DNA of 64,000 nucleotides from Candidatus Peribacteria bacterium. Its GTDB lineage: Bacteria; Patescibacteriota; Gracilibacteria; Peribacterales; Peribacteraceae. The notes under the pieces are model-generated. The model ran no database searches. It saw only the letters and a list, made by a program, of their open reading frames with translations, and had not been told where the DNA came from. Position 1 is the first letter of the stretch. Each line of letters begins with the position of its first letter. Position numbers and translations under genes: made by a program. The DNA lies in the NCBI GenBank assembly GCA_041691135.1, contig JBEPVF010000003.1:80327-144326 (forward strand), in the 5' to 3' direction. Positions 26,757 through 36,141 of this stretch are shown one piece after another.

Positions 26757-28699
26757 TGTTGCTCGGTGGTGTTCTCCGGCGTCGGTGCGGGCGGCGGATT
26801 TGGCTGTGCAGCCTCGCGATTCGCAATCACTTCGTCGGGCTTGGTCGTGACGATGCTCGATTCTTTGGGGCTCGCGATGATCTGAATGGCTACGTGCTTG
26901 TTGCCGGCGAAGAAAATGCCCTGGCCGACACCGCAGTTGAGCAATACGTACTTCTCGCCGTCGGTAAGATAGAATAGTTTTTGGAGATTATCGACGGCAG
27001 TGGGGGATTGCTTGAGTAGTACCTGCAGACTGGAGTTGGTGATGATCGGTTTGCCGTAGGGTGAGTTCACGAAGTCCTCCACGTCCTGCGTGATGGTCGT
27101 GATGCCCAGGTAGTACTTGCGGGCGCGCTTGACGATGCCGAACAGGAAACGGGCACTGTCCTCGTGCTGCATCAGATTCCACGCTTCGTCGATCACCAGG
27201 AATCTTTTCTTTAATTCGGTGCGTACGCGGTTCCACAGGAAGTTGAGGATGATGTAGATGGCGATGGGTCGGAGTTGTTCCTCCAAGTCGCGGATCTGGA
27301 ACACTACCATCTGCTTCTCCAGTTCCACGTTGGTCGTTTTGTCGAAGATGCCGGCATAACTGCCGCTCGTGTATTTCTGCAGCACATTGGCCATGTTCTC
27401 GCCGCCATTGGTGGTCATCAGAACATCGACCAGATCGTGCATGGTAGGCGGTTCGATGACGCCCGGATTTTCGGTGGTCAGCGCAATGCCTTTGAGTGCG
27501 TAGGTGTCGAGAATCGCTTTATCCAGAATGCCGTCTTCGGCCGGTGTGAGCGTGCCGAGCATCAGTTTGAACAGACCGTGCAGGTTGATCACCGCCGCGC
27601 GCAGCGTTTCGCCGGTTTCGGCTTCCTCACCGCGGATCGCTTTGGGCAAATCGAACGGATTGATGCGGAAGCTGCTCTGGAGAGACATGGGAATGTACGA
27701 GCCGCCGACCGTCTTGCACAGTTCGCTGTATTCATTTTCCGGGTCGATTACCAACACTTCGGTACCGAACATGAGCGAGCGCAGAATTTCGAGTTTGACC
27801 ATGAACGATTTACCGGCGCCGGAGGTGGCGAACACGTTGCTGTTGGCATTCGGCAGATCGAACCGATCGAAAATAACCAAGCTGTCGTTGTGGCGGTTGA
27901 TGCCGTACAGAATGCCGTGGTCACTGGTGAGGTCCGAGCTGGAGAAGGGGAAGCTCGTGGCTAGTGGGCTTGTGTTCATGTTGCGATTGATCTCCAGTTC
28001 ATCCAAACACAGCGGGAGCGTGCTGACGAAGCCATGTTCCATCTGGAACGTCGCCGGTTTAGTCAGCACCAGTTTGCCACCAAGCAGCGACTCGATATCG
28101 GTCTGCACTTTTTTCAGCTTCTCGTCGTCCTCGCCGTACAAGGTAATGTACATGCCGAACTGAAACAGTTTCTCGCGGCCGCGGGTCAGCAGGTCGCGCA
28201 GTTCTTCGGCGTCCTGCAGGGCCGCTTCCAACGCCGGGTCGCGGACAATGCCGCGTTGCTCCAGCATGCGAATGGACGAGCGCAGTTCAGCTACTTTCTT
28301 GCGCAACATCTTCATGATGGCGCGATTGCTGGTCGGGTAGATGAACTGGGCGATGTCGAGTTCGGCATCGAAGTTCACCGTCTGCTGCAGCCAGTTGGGA
28401 TAAATGTAGTTCGGCCAGTTGTAGACGAAGAGTGTCCGCGCATGGCGGTCGTTGAGCAGAATTTGATTGGATTTGATCTCCATGCCTGCCGGTGCGATCA
28501 AATCCAGAATCTTCTGCAAACCCTCCTCGTAGCTTTTTATTGCCTGACGATCTTCGCCCGTGAGCCGTTCGTCACTGTCCTTTTTCTGGCTCTTCAGCAA
28601 ATCCTGTGTTTTCTGGTGCAACCCCAGCAGATCATCAATCGCGACGACCAGCGTACTGGGCAGTGGGAGCGCCGATGGGTGTTTGGGTGTGGATGTCAC
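26753..28699 (-). CDS. VirB4/TraC-like type IV secretion ATPase
   Basis: YGINRHNDSLVIFDRF, Walker A ATSGAGKS, VIDPENEY, INPFDL, Walker B VIDEAW, KRARKY, ITQDVEDF. Confidence 0.9.
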   Translation of the reverse strand: MTSTPKHPSALPLPSTLVVAIDDLLGLHQKTQDLLKSQKKDSDERLTGEDRQAIKSYEEGLQKILDLIAPAGMEIKSNQILLNDRHARTLFVYNWPNYIYPNWLQQTVNFDAELDIAQFIYPTSNRAIMKMLRKKVAELRSSIRMLEQRGIVRDPALEAALQDAEELRDLLTRGREKLFQFGMYITLYGEDDEKLKKVQTDIESLLGGKLVLTKPATFQMEHGFVSTLPLCLDELEINRNMNTSPLATSFPFSSSDLTSDHGILYGINRHNDSLVIFDRFDLPNANSNVFATSGAGKSFMVKLEILRSLMFGTEVLVIDPENEYSELCKTVGGSYIPMSLQSSFRINPFDLPKAIRGEEAETGETLRAAVINLHGLFKLMLGTLTPAEDGILDKAILDTYALKGIALTTENPGVIEPPTMHDLVDVLMTTNGGENMANVLQKYTSGSYAGIFDKTTNVELEKQMVVFQIRDLEEQLRPIAIYIILNFLWNRVRTELKKRFLVIDEAWNLMQHEDSARFLFGIVKRARKYYLGITTITQDVEDFVNSPYGKPIITNSSLQVLLKQSPTAVDNLQKLFYLTDGEKYVLLNCGVGQGIFFAGNKHVAIQIIASPKESSIVTTKPDEVIANREAAQPNPPPAPTPENTTEQH

Positions 28700-28862
28700 A
28701 GAATCCTTTAATTATAGCGGAAAAGGCGGTTTTCTACAAGATGAGGAACCGACGTCCCCACTGGAACTGAAGCAATCGAAGAAAATAGGATTTAAGCCAA
28801 AATTTGCAGCTGAAACTCTAAGATACGGCTTTTCGCCGGACTCCTCGGCCCCATCAGTCTCT

Positions 28863-29690
28863 TTAGAGTCCTGACAGCCCAAAGTCGAACGATTTCGACG
28901 TGCCGTTTTGCTGCTTGATCAGACCGAGTTCCTTCACTCCCGGGACATCGACGACACGCAGGCCGGAGATGAGGATTTCACGGTTCTGGGTAATGGCGAG
29001 GAGGCGGCGGTCCGAGAGGTCATTCAGTTGCTGGTAAATGTGCGCCACATCGCGCAACCGGTTGATATCGGACTGTGTTTTCGACACCTTCGCGTCGGCT
29101 TCGGTTGCATCGCGCTGCAGTGCGCCGGCCGTGGCATAGTCACCTTTATTGAAAGCGTCATGTAAATTCGACTCAATATCGTTCTGAGCCTGCTGCTCCG
29201 TACCAAGTGTATTGTTCAGAGTATCGATCGTCGCTTGGATCTCGGCGGCTTTGTTTTTGGTACGTACGGTGATATTCGTCAGTCCGGTCAGGTACTCATT
29301 CAACGTGGTTGTTCGATCGGTACTCTGGTTCAGCATATCCGCAACATCCACGCTCAACACGCTGCCGAACTGCTGGAGCAGCAAGAATGCATCGTTGAGA
29401 TTCTGCGGGTTCAATGGTTGTACCAATTGGAGAGCGGACTCGCTGCCGAGAACAGCCGACTGCACCGGGAAATATCCACCTTGTGACAAGAAGATACTCG
29501 CAAAAACTCCGATGGGAGCGGTTGGCCTGTTCAGAGCACTGGTTTGTCGCAGCATCTGCATGCTGTATGTCGCGCCAGCCACTGCGCTGGTTGTATCGAT
29601 AGTGTTCGTCGGCGTGCTCTTGCCGCAGCCGGTAAGGCTGAACAGGAAGAGCGCTGTGACAGCCGACGTGCGAAGGGATGTCCATTTCAT
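28863..29690 (-). CDS. Hypothetical coiled-coil lipoprotein
   Basis: Lipobox LTGC after MKWTSLR; heptad-rich C-terminal half. Confidence 0.75.
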   Translation of the reverse strand: MKWTSLRTSAVTALFLFSLTGCGKSTPTNTIDTTSAVAGATYSMQMLRQTSALNRPTAPIGVFASIFLSQGGYFPVQSAVLGSESALQLVQPLNPQNLNDAFLLLQQFGSVLSVDVADMLNQSTDRTTTLNEYLTGLTNITVRTKNKAAEIQATIDTLNNTLGTEQQAQNDIESNLHDAFNKGDYATAGALQRDATEADAKVSKTQSDINRLRDVAHIYQQLNDLSDRRLLAITQNREILISGLRVVDVPGVKELGLIKQQNGTSKSFDFGLSGL

Positions 29691-29837
29691 GGAGAGAGTT
29701 GGTCGGACTTTCTTTATATTATACATTAAATACGTTAATTTGGCAATAAGCCTATGCGGCACAGAAGTAAGGAATACTCTGGCTTTTTGCTGTTATACGA
29801 GACAGCGATGCCGCTACGTCGCTCTTGCAAACAGCGC

Positions 29838-29933
29838 GAAGAACCAAGAGCCAAGATCCAGGGAAATCCGAAGGGTGATTCTTTAAAAACTGAAAATATT
29901 CTCGTGGGATTTGGTTTCTGGCATCTGGTTTTT
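29838..29933. repeat. 7-bp-periodic degenerate inverted repeat
   Basis: gaaccaa-gagccaa-gatccag-g ... ttggttt-ctggcat-ctggttt. Confidence 0.65.
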
Positions 29934-30131
29934 AATCCGTACTTCTTTCTCCGTATCTCAGGCAATTTTTATAAAAAAACGTAGCTCCCTTCCGTGCACA
30001 ATTTGTGTTCGGACAATGAGGAGAATTTGTGTGCAAGAACAAATGTTGTTTTCAGGTGTCGCTCCCGGATCTTCGTGATAGATTTGCCATAACTTCTGAA
30101 CAGCAAGGTTGTTCACGAGTGCATTCCGCTT

Positions 30132-31847
30132 ATGCTTCCTTCGCTCACCGCACGGGCACAAAAAATTATCCACGACACGTTTGATGTCGATGTCGAACCG
30201 CAGTGGCAGTTTCCGCGTGAAGTGGCGCATGGAGATGTCACCCTCTCGCTTGCGCTCCAGTTGGCTAAGCGGGTGGGGAAGAATCCGAAGGAGATCGCAG
30301 ACCTACTTCGAACAGGACTCGAGAAGGATCCATCGGTGATAAAAATTGAAGTGGCGGGGAATGGCTACGTGAACGTGTGGCTTTCTGCCGGCGCACTCCA
30401 ATCAGAACTGGACGCGGCGATGGCCGCCGGGAGCGCACAACCTATACGAAAAAAAGAGGCACCGGTGATCGTGGAGTATTCATCGCCAAATATCGCCAAA
30501 CCGCTTGGTATCCATCATATTCTGTCGACAAGCATTGGACAGGCGATTGCGAATCTGTACCAGCATGGGGGGTTCAAAGTCATCCATTGGAACTACATCG
30601 CCGATTGGGGACTGCAGTTTGGAAAATTGTGGGTTGCCCACCAGAAATGGGGAACGCGTTCGGTTGAAGACTATTCGTTGGATGACATGCTCCAGCTCTA
30701 TGTGAAGTTTCACGCAGAGGCGGAGACAGACAGTACGTTGGAAGATGCCGCCCGCGCGGAATTTAAAAAACTGGAAGACGGTGATCCGGCCATTCGTCAC
30801 TTCCTCGATGTCATTACGGACAGCACCAAGAAGGCGAACAAGCATATTTATGATCGTCTCAACGTCGCCTTTGATGTGGAATACGGTGAAGGTTTTTATG
30901 AGGACAAGATGCAGCCGGTCATTGACGAAGGGAAGAAGAAAAAAGTGATGAAAGAAGGCGAGAAAGGCGCGCTCATCGTGGAGTTTCCCGAGGAGTCAAA
31001 ATTGCCGCCGTACATGATCTTGAAAGGGGATGGTGCGACGCTCTATTCCACGCGTGATCTGGCGCAGATGCGCTACCGCATCGATACCTATCACCCGCAA
31101 GGAATTTACATTGTGGTTGATGTGGCACAGAAGTTGCACTTTCAGCAGCTGGAAGCGACATGCAAGCTGCTCGGATGGGAGTTGCCCAGCTTCGAACATG
31201 TCATTTTCGGTCGCATGAGTTTTACGGACCAGGCGATGAGCACACGCAAAGGAAATATCGTGAAGCTCGACGATGTTCTGAACGAAGGTGTCGAGCGGGC
31301 AAAAAAGAAGATCGACGAGCATCGTGCTTCAATTCAGACCGATGACGAAGCCGAGTTGGCCGAAATCATGGGAGTGGGTGCACTCGTCTACGGCATTCTG
31401 AGTCAGAACCGTAAAATGGATATTGTCTTTGATTGGGACAAGATGCTGAGCTTTGACGGCAACAGCGCGCCGTATTTGCAGTACACGCATGCGCGGGCGA
31501 GATCGATATTGCGAAAGGTGACCGACCCGCCTTCATCTGCGGACTCCGGCGAGGCAGGGGTGACAGAGGAGGAGCTCATGTTGGGAGATTATGAGCGGAC
31601 GCTCATCAAAACGCTGATGCAGTTTCCGGCGGCGATCGCCGAAGCGCGTGAGACGCATATGCCGCATAAGTTAGCCAATTTTTTGTTTCAGTTGGCACAG
31701 GATTTTAACGGCTTCTACAACATCGAACCTATTTTAAAGGCCGAAGGTCCGTCCCGCGCATTCCGCCTGCGTCTGGTCGAACTGACTGCCGATACATTGC
31801 GCACCGGCGCTTCGCTTCTTTCCATTCGTGTTCCCGACCGGATGTAA
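30132..31847 (+). CDS. argS: Arginine--tRNA ligase
   Basis: VEYSSPNIAKPLGIHH (HIGH-like), DWGLQFG, YSTRDLA, MSTRKG, APYLQYTHAR. Confidence 0.96.
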   Translation: MLPSLTARAQKIIHDTFDVDVEPQWQFPREVAHGDVTLSLALQLAKRVGKNPKEIADLLRTGLEKDPSVIKIEVAGNGYVNVWLSAGALQSELDAAMAAGSAQPIRKKEAPVIVEYSSPNIAKPLGIHHILSTSIGQAIANLYQHGGFKVIHWNYIADWGLQFGKLWVAHQKWGTRSVEDYSLDDMLQLYVKFHAEAETDSTLEDAARAEFKKLEDGDPAIRHFLDVITDSTKKANKHIYDRLNVAFDVEYGEGFYEDKMQPVIDEGKKKKVMKEGEKGALIVEFPEESKLPPYMILKGDGATLYSTRDLAQMRYRIDTYHPQGIYIVVDVAQKLHFQQLEATCKLLGWELPSFEHVIFGRMSFTDQAMSTRKGNIVKLDDVLNEGVERAKKKIDEHRASIQTDDEAELAEIMGVGALVYGILSQNRKMDIVFDWDKMLSFDGNSAPYLQYTHARARSILRKVTDPPSSADSGEAGVTEEELMLGDYERTLIKTLMQFPAAIAEARETHMPHKLANFLFQLAQDFNGFYNIEPILKAEGPSRAFRLRLVELTADTLRTGASLLSIRVPDRM

Positions 31848-31889
31848 GCCGGTCTTCCCGCTCTCCCCGTTTCCTTTCTCCACCTTCTC

Positions 31890-33317
31890 ATGTCCACGCA
31901 TCGTTCTGCTCACCGGAAGCATTCCTCTTCCGGCGCCGGTCCCCTGGTTGCTTTCACGCTGATTGCCATGTTCGGCATCCTGTTTGCGGGTTGCACGCCG
32001 GCGATCAAAGGACCGCGCGACGTGGCTCCCGAAGATGTCACCTTCACCGAACAGGACATCGCAGCCATGCATGCCACACTGTCGTCTGACAGCGGTCAGA
32101 CCACGTCCGGCGGAGAAGGCATGGCGCAACTTGAGGGCTCTGCAAGCGGGACGACAACTGCGGTTATCCCCTCGGCCGATCCGGCGTTGGTGGCTGCATA
32201 CGATGCGTTGCGTTCGAATCCCAAGGCCGAGGCCAATGGCTACAAGGTGGTCAACTCCTTCGTGAACGTCCGGTCTGAACCGGCATCATCAGCGGCATTC
32301 GTGCAGCGTTTGGAGGAAGGTGTTGCGGTGAATGTGGTGGAATTCGTGAATGCGAAGTGGGCCAAAGTGGATCTTGGTGGCGGCAAAATAGGCTACATAT
32401 CGTCACAGTATATTGCCAAGCTGACGACAGACGATAAGTTGGCAGAGGATAAGAAAGCATTCAGCGGACTCTACTTCGTCGACTTCGCGTTCGTAAACGT
32501 ACGCAAGGAACCGAATCAGCAGAGCGAGAAAGTGGGTGAAATTCCGGGACAGTCTCTGCTCCGGCCGCTCAGCATGGATAAAGACTGGGCCCGTGTCTCG
32601 TTCGAGGGACATGAAGGGTTTATATCCTCGCAATATCTGACGCCATTCTCTCCCAGTTTTGTTGTGCGTCAGGCGAAGTTCGCTCTGCCGATCTTTGTCT
32701 ATTCGGCCGCGACGCCCAACATGGTTACCACTCTCCGGACGCAGATGCAGACACTTAAGGACAATGGCGCCCACTTTACGACATTGCGTGCGTTCCGTGA
32801 TTTGCTGCGCAGCCAGGAGGGGAGAGACGTCCGACTCGATCCGAAGAGCGTCATCATCGCCATTGCCGACGTGAATGCCACGACTGTCGGTCCCATCACT
32901 GATGCGCTGCATGAGCTGAGTGTTCCGGCAACGCTCTTCGTGCAGACCAAGAACGTGGGACTGAGCGCGATTACCGAAAAGACCCTCATCACCCTCGTCG
33001 CGAACGGATTTGATCTGCAGTCGGGAGGTCATTCGGGCAACGATTTGCGGACGCTGACCAATGCGCAGATCGATCTGGAATTGTCACAGAGTCGTAAACT
33101 GCTCGAAGACGCGATGCATCAGGATGTCTTCGCCGTGGCGTATCCGCAGGGCGGGACCAACGATCGCGTGATGGAACACGTGCGGGCAGCCGGCTATCTG
33201 TTCGGTATCGGCGCCAGTCCGGCACCGGTATTCTCGCGGGCCGACTTCCTCAATCTGCCGAGCTATCAAGTAACGCCCACGATGGGCGCTGATGAATTGC
33301 TCAAGCTGCTGCAATAA
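31890..33317 (+). CDS. Lipoprotein with two bacterial SH3 domains and a NodB polysaccharide-deacetylase-like domain
   Basis: Lipobox FAGC; two VNVR.EP...W..V...G..G.ISSQY repeats; ATLFV, QSGGHSG, AYPQG. Catalytic and metal motifs look degenerate. Confidence 0.8.
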   Translation: MSTHRSAHRKHSSSGAGPLVAFTLIAMFGILFAGCTPAIKGPRDVAPEDVTFTEQDIAAMHATLSSDSGQTTSGGEGMAQLEGSASGTTTAVIPSADPALVAAYDALRSNPKAEANGYKVVNSFVNVRSEPASSAAFVQRLEEGVAVNVVEFVNAKWAKVDLGGGKIGYISSQYIAKLTTDDKLAEDKKAFSGLYFVDFAFVNVRKEPNQQSEKVGEIPGQSLLRPLSMDKDWARVSFEGHEGFISSQYLTPFSPSFVVRQAKFALPIFVYSAATPNMVTTLRTQMQTLKDNGAHFTTLRAFRDLLRSQEGRDVRLDPKSVIIAIADVNATTVGPITDALHELSVPATLFVQTKNVGLSAITEKTLITLVANGFDLQSGGHSGNDLRTLTNAQIDLELSQSRKLLEDAMHQDVFAVAYPQGGTNDRVMEHVRAAGYLFGIGASPAPVFSRADFLNLPSYQVTPTMGADELLKLLQ

Positions 33318-33327
33318 TCCTCAGTCT

Positions 33328-33669
33328 TTATTGGGCACTCGATTGTTGCGCGTCGCGGTGCTTCTGAAGCGCATCCTGCATCTGTTGAATCTGATTCATC
33401 ATGTCGTCCGACACGGTGCCTGACGCATTCTGTGAGGTACCCGTAATTTGTTTGGCAGCGGCCTGCGTCATCTTTCCAATGATTTCGTCGCTGTGCACGA
33501 AGAAGTACCACGTCGACCATATGAGCAGTGCCATGGGGATCAGGCTGATCAAAAAGCGGAAAAATCCGCCAACCATGCGTCTACCATCGCGACGGTCCAT
33601 GCGTTCGAGATAGGCGATCATAATGTCCAATTTGTCTTCGACAGATTGAGGAGGCTCTTGAGCGGGCAT
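33328..33669 (-). CDS. Hypothetical membrane protein
   Basis: Single TM hairpin; start at 33669 supported by TACACT 6 nt upstream. Confidence 0.7.
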   Translation of the reverse strand: MPAQEPPQSVEDKLDIMIAYLERMDRRDGRRMVGGFFRFLISLIPMALLIWSTWYFFVHSDEIIGKMTQAAAKQITGTSQNASGTVSDDMMNQIQQMQDALQKHRDAQQSSAQ

Positions 33670-33739
33670 GCGGGGAGTGTACCTGAGGGCAAGACGAGAA
33701 TCCAAAAACCAAAAACCAGCGGGCAAACACAGATGGCTT

Positions 33740-34831
33740 TTAAAAGCCCCGCTTCCATTTACGCAGCACCTCGAAGCTGCGGGTGATGTGGTAACTCGGC
33801 TTCAATGGGATATCTATGCAGTGCATCAGTTCAAGTATTTTGCCGCCGAAACCGGTCTTGAACAGCGTGACGCCGGCAAACGGATGTTTGGCGTCGAACG
33901 TTTTTTCCTCCGATGCCTGCGGACCTTCTTGGCTTTTTTGCTTCTGCGGTGCGATTCCCCAGAAGTTATACACGTGATCGCCGCGTTTGAGCGCGTCCTG
34001 TATGGCGGTCCACTGCAACAGGTAACTCGACGGAATTTTCCGATGGGCCACTGTACTGGCCCCGTGGTGATAACTCGTTTCGCCGCTCACATGCATGTGG
34101 ATGGAGGCGGAGATCACCTCGCCCTGATAATCAGCCAGATAGAGCGTGCACTCGTTGCGTGGAGCGAAGTGGCGCACCTGAGCGCGGAAGAAACTATCCG
34201 AATAGGGTGTGAATCCGTGGCGCTTGCGTGTTTCGTCGTGGAGACGCAGGAAAAGATGCAGGTCGTCGACAGGATTGTTGGATGCACGAATAGTGACGCC
34301 CTCTTTCTCGGCGCGCCGGATCAGGTTGCGGGTCGTCGCGCGCATCTGCTTCATCAGTTCATCCGGCGAGCGAGCAGGGGAATGCCTGCCGCCATCGGTT
34401 GACCAGGCATCAACATCGGTCAGCGGCAGATACCACAGATGTTCAGCCAGCAAATGCAGAGGTGATGGTCGTGTGGATACCAGAGACGACGGTGTTGCAT
34501 CTTTTGGAATGTGCGGACTCAGACGGATAAAACTGCAGCCTTCGCGGCTCGCTTCTTGTTGTAGCGCATTCAGAAGGACAGGAAGAGCGTCCTGATGAGC
34601 GATAACCGGTCCGTAGGGAACCGACAAGTGCCGGCCGCGACGCGCCGGGACCACCAGTGCTTGGCAGATGCCTTGGATACCGCTCGCATCCTCTGCAATC
34701 AGGCGAATAGGGGTCTGCTTCAGATCGGCATACACGTCGCCCATCGTCCAACTCTGGAGGAACGGCGAGAAGCGTTGGACTTTGAGAAAATCATCCCATT
34801 CCCGCTGATCGGTGGCATGACGAATGTTCAT
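33740..34831 (-). CDS. FemABX family peptidoglycan bridge peptidyltransferase
   Basis: FLQSWTMG, VPYGP, TRNLIRRAEKEGV, YHHGAS, LLQWTAI, YNFWGI, GVTLFKTGFGG. Confidence 0.9.
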   Translation of the reverse strand: MNIRHATDQREWDDFLKVQRFSPFLQSWTMGDVYADLKQTPIRLIAEDASGIQGICQALVVPARRGRHLSVPYGPVIAHQDALPVLLNALQQEASREGCSFIRLSPHIPKDATPSSLVSTRPSPLHLLAEHLWYLPLTDVDAWSTDGGRHSPARSPDELMKQMRATTRNLIRRAEKEGVTIRASNNPVDDLHLFLRLHDETRKRHGFTPYSDSFFRAQVRHFAPRNECTLYLADYQGEVISASIHMHVSGETSYHHGASTVAHRKIPSSYLLQWTAIQDALKRGDHVYNFWGIAPQKQKSQEGPQASEEKTFDAKHPFAGVTLFKTGFGGKILELMHCIDIPLKPSYHITRSFEVLRKWKRGF

Positions 34832-34873
34832 AGAAAGAGTATGACGGGCGGCGCAGGAAATGCGAAGAGGGAA

Positions 34874-36133
34874 TCAGAGGCGGTTCAGTTCCTTGGCCAG
34901 AACATCCATCAAATGCGCAGCTTGTTTCAGGGTCATCAGTGGATGGGTAGGCAGCGATAGAATGCGTTCGCACGTGTCTTCGGCCACCGGGTCGCTGTCC
35001 GGTTCATACCCGGCCGCCGCCGCATCGGCCGACGCAGGACATACGACACAGCCTGTCCAGCCGTCATCCAGATAGATCTGCTGCTGCTTCAGTTTTTTGC
35101 GCAGCGTGTCTGCCCCGCGGAGGAAGAGCGGAAACTTCTGCAGTGGCATATCGGCTCGAATCGAGTTCGGCACCTGCACCGCTGAGTTCTCTTTCAGCCA
35201 GCCGTTCTTTTGACAGGCTTGCAGATAAAACTGCGTCAGCGTTCGCCGGTGATCGTTCAGTGCCTGCCGGTGTCGCCATTGCTCAATGGCCAGGAAAGCA
35301 CAGGCATTGGGCATCGTGTGCAGGAGTGCCGGCATCGTGCCTTTCTTTTCGAGTTCCGTGAGTATGGGTGGCAGGTTGCCGATCATTTTCTGGAAGTACA
35401 TGGCCGCCTTGCCGATGCCCGAGCGATAGAGTGGCAGCGCGCGACGGTAGATGAGTGGATAGTGAATCAGATGATGAATGTGCAGCCATGAATAGGGGAT
35501 CGCTGTGTGCTCGCCGTCACGGAGGTTTGCCGAGAGCGTTTTGTCGCGGATCACCACCGCTCCGCCCGTCACGCCCGAGATCGCTTTATCGCGACCAAAG
35601 CTGGCGATGATCGCGTCGCCATGTTTGCCGATTTCGCCGGGTCCGGAGCTGTCGGGCAGGATGTGTGCGCAGTCTTCAATCAACAAAATCTTGTGCTGAT
35701 CACAGAGATGTCGAAGGCGGGTTGTATCGGCGGGAATGCCGAAGGTGTGCTGACAGATGACGGCACGTGTCTTCGGTGTGATGCATGCCTCGAGCGCATC
35801 GGGATCCAGGTTCAGCGTATTGCGGTCAATGTCGCAGTAGACTGCCTTGCCACCGGCCGCATGGATCGCATTCGGCACCACCACACAGGTGTAGCTCTGG
35901 ACGATAATTTCTTCGCCCGGAAGCAGATGCATAGCCTGAAGTAATGCCAAGAGCGCCTCGCGGCCGGAACCAAACAAGTACGTATCCGCACCAAAGAAAT
36001 CGCGGATGCTCGACTGCAAGGCCGGCAGACTCTTGCCGTGCACGTATCGCCACGGCGTGTATGTGATTCCCAGGGCGCGTTTGCACTGCGTATCAGTGGC
36101 AAGCGGACCGAAGGTGTGGTGGATGGGATACAT
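34874..36133 (-). CDS. DegT/DnrJ/EryC1/StrS family PLP aminotransferase
   Basis: SGREAL, QHTFGIPAD, LIEDCAH, SFGRDK(A)ISGVTGG, ILSLPTHP. Confidence 0.9.
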   Translation of the reverse strand: MYPIHHTFGPLATDTQCKRALGITYTPWRYVHGKSLPALQSSIRDFFGADTYLFGSGREALLALLQAMHLLPGEEIIVQSYTCVVVPNAIHAAGGKAVYCDIDRNTLNLDPDALEACITPKTRAVICQHTFGIPADTTRLRHLCDQHKILLIEDCAHILPDSSGPGEIGKHGDAIIASFGRDKAISGVTGGAVVIRDKTLSANLRDGEHTAIPYSWLHIHHLIHYPLIYRRALPLYRSGIGKAAMYFQKMIGNLPPILTELEKKGTMPALLHTMPNACAFLAIEQWRHRQALNDHRRTLTQFYLQACQKNGWLKENSAVQVPNSIRADMPLQKFPLFLRGADTLRKKLKQQQIYLDDGWTGCVVCPASADAAAAGYEPDSDPVAEDTCERILSLPTHPLMTLKQAAHLMDVLAKELNRL

Positions 36134-36141
36134 GAGGCGTC

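Noticed and set aside
1143-28699. Integrative conjugative element or prophage
   Set aside because: No integrase, relaxase or phage structural genes; the T4SS-like genes are interleaved with core genes.
27275-28711. Long plus-strand ORFs opposite virB4 (similar ones lie opposite clpC, dusB, metG and murD)
   Set aside because: Antisense frames kept open by GC-rich codon usage; no protein motifs.
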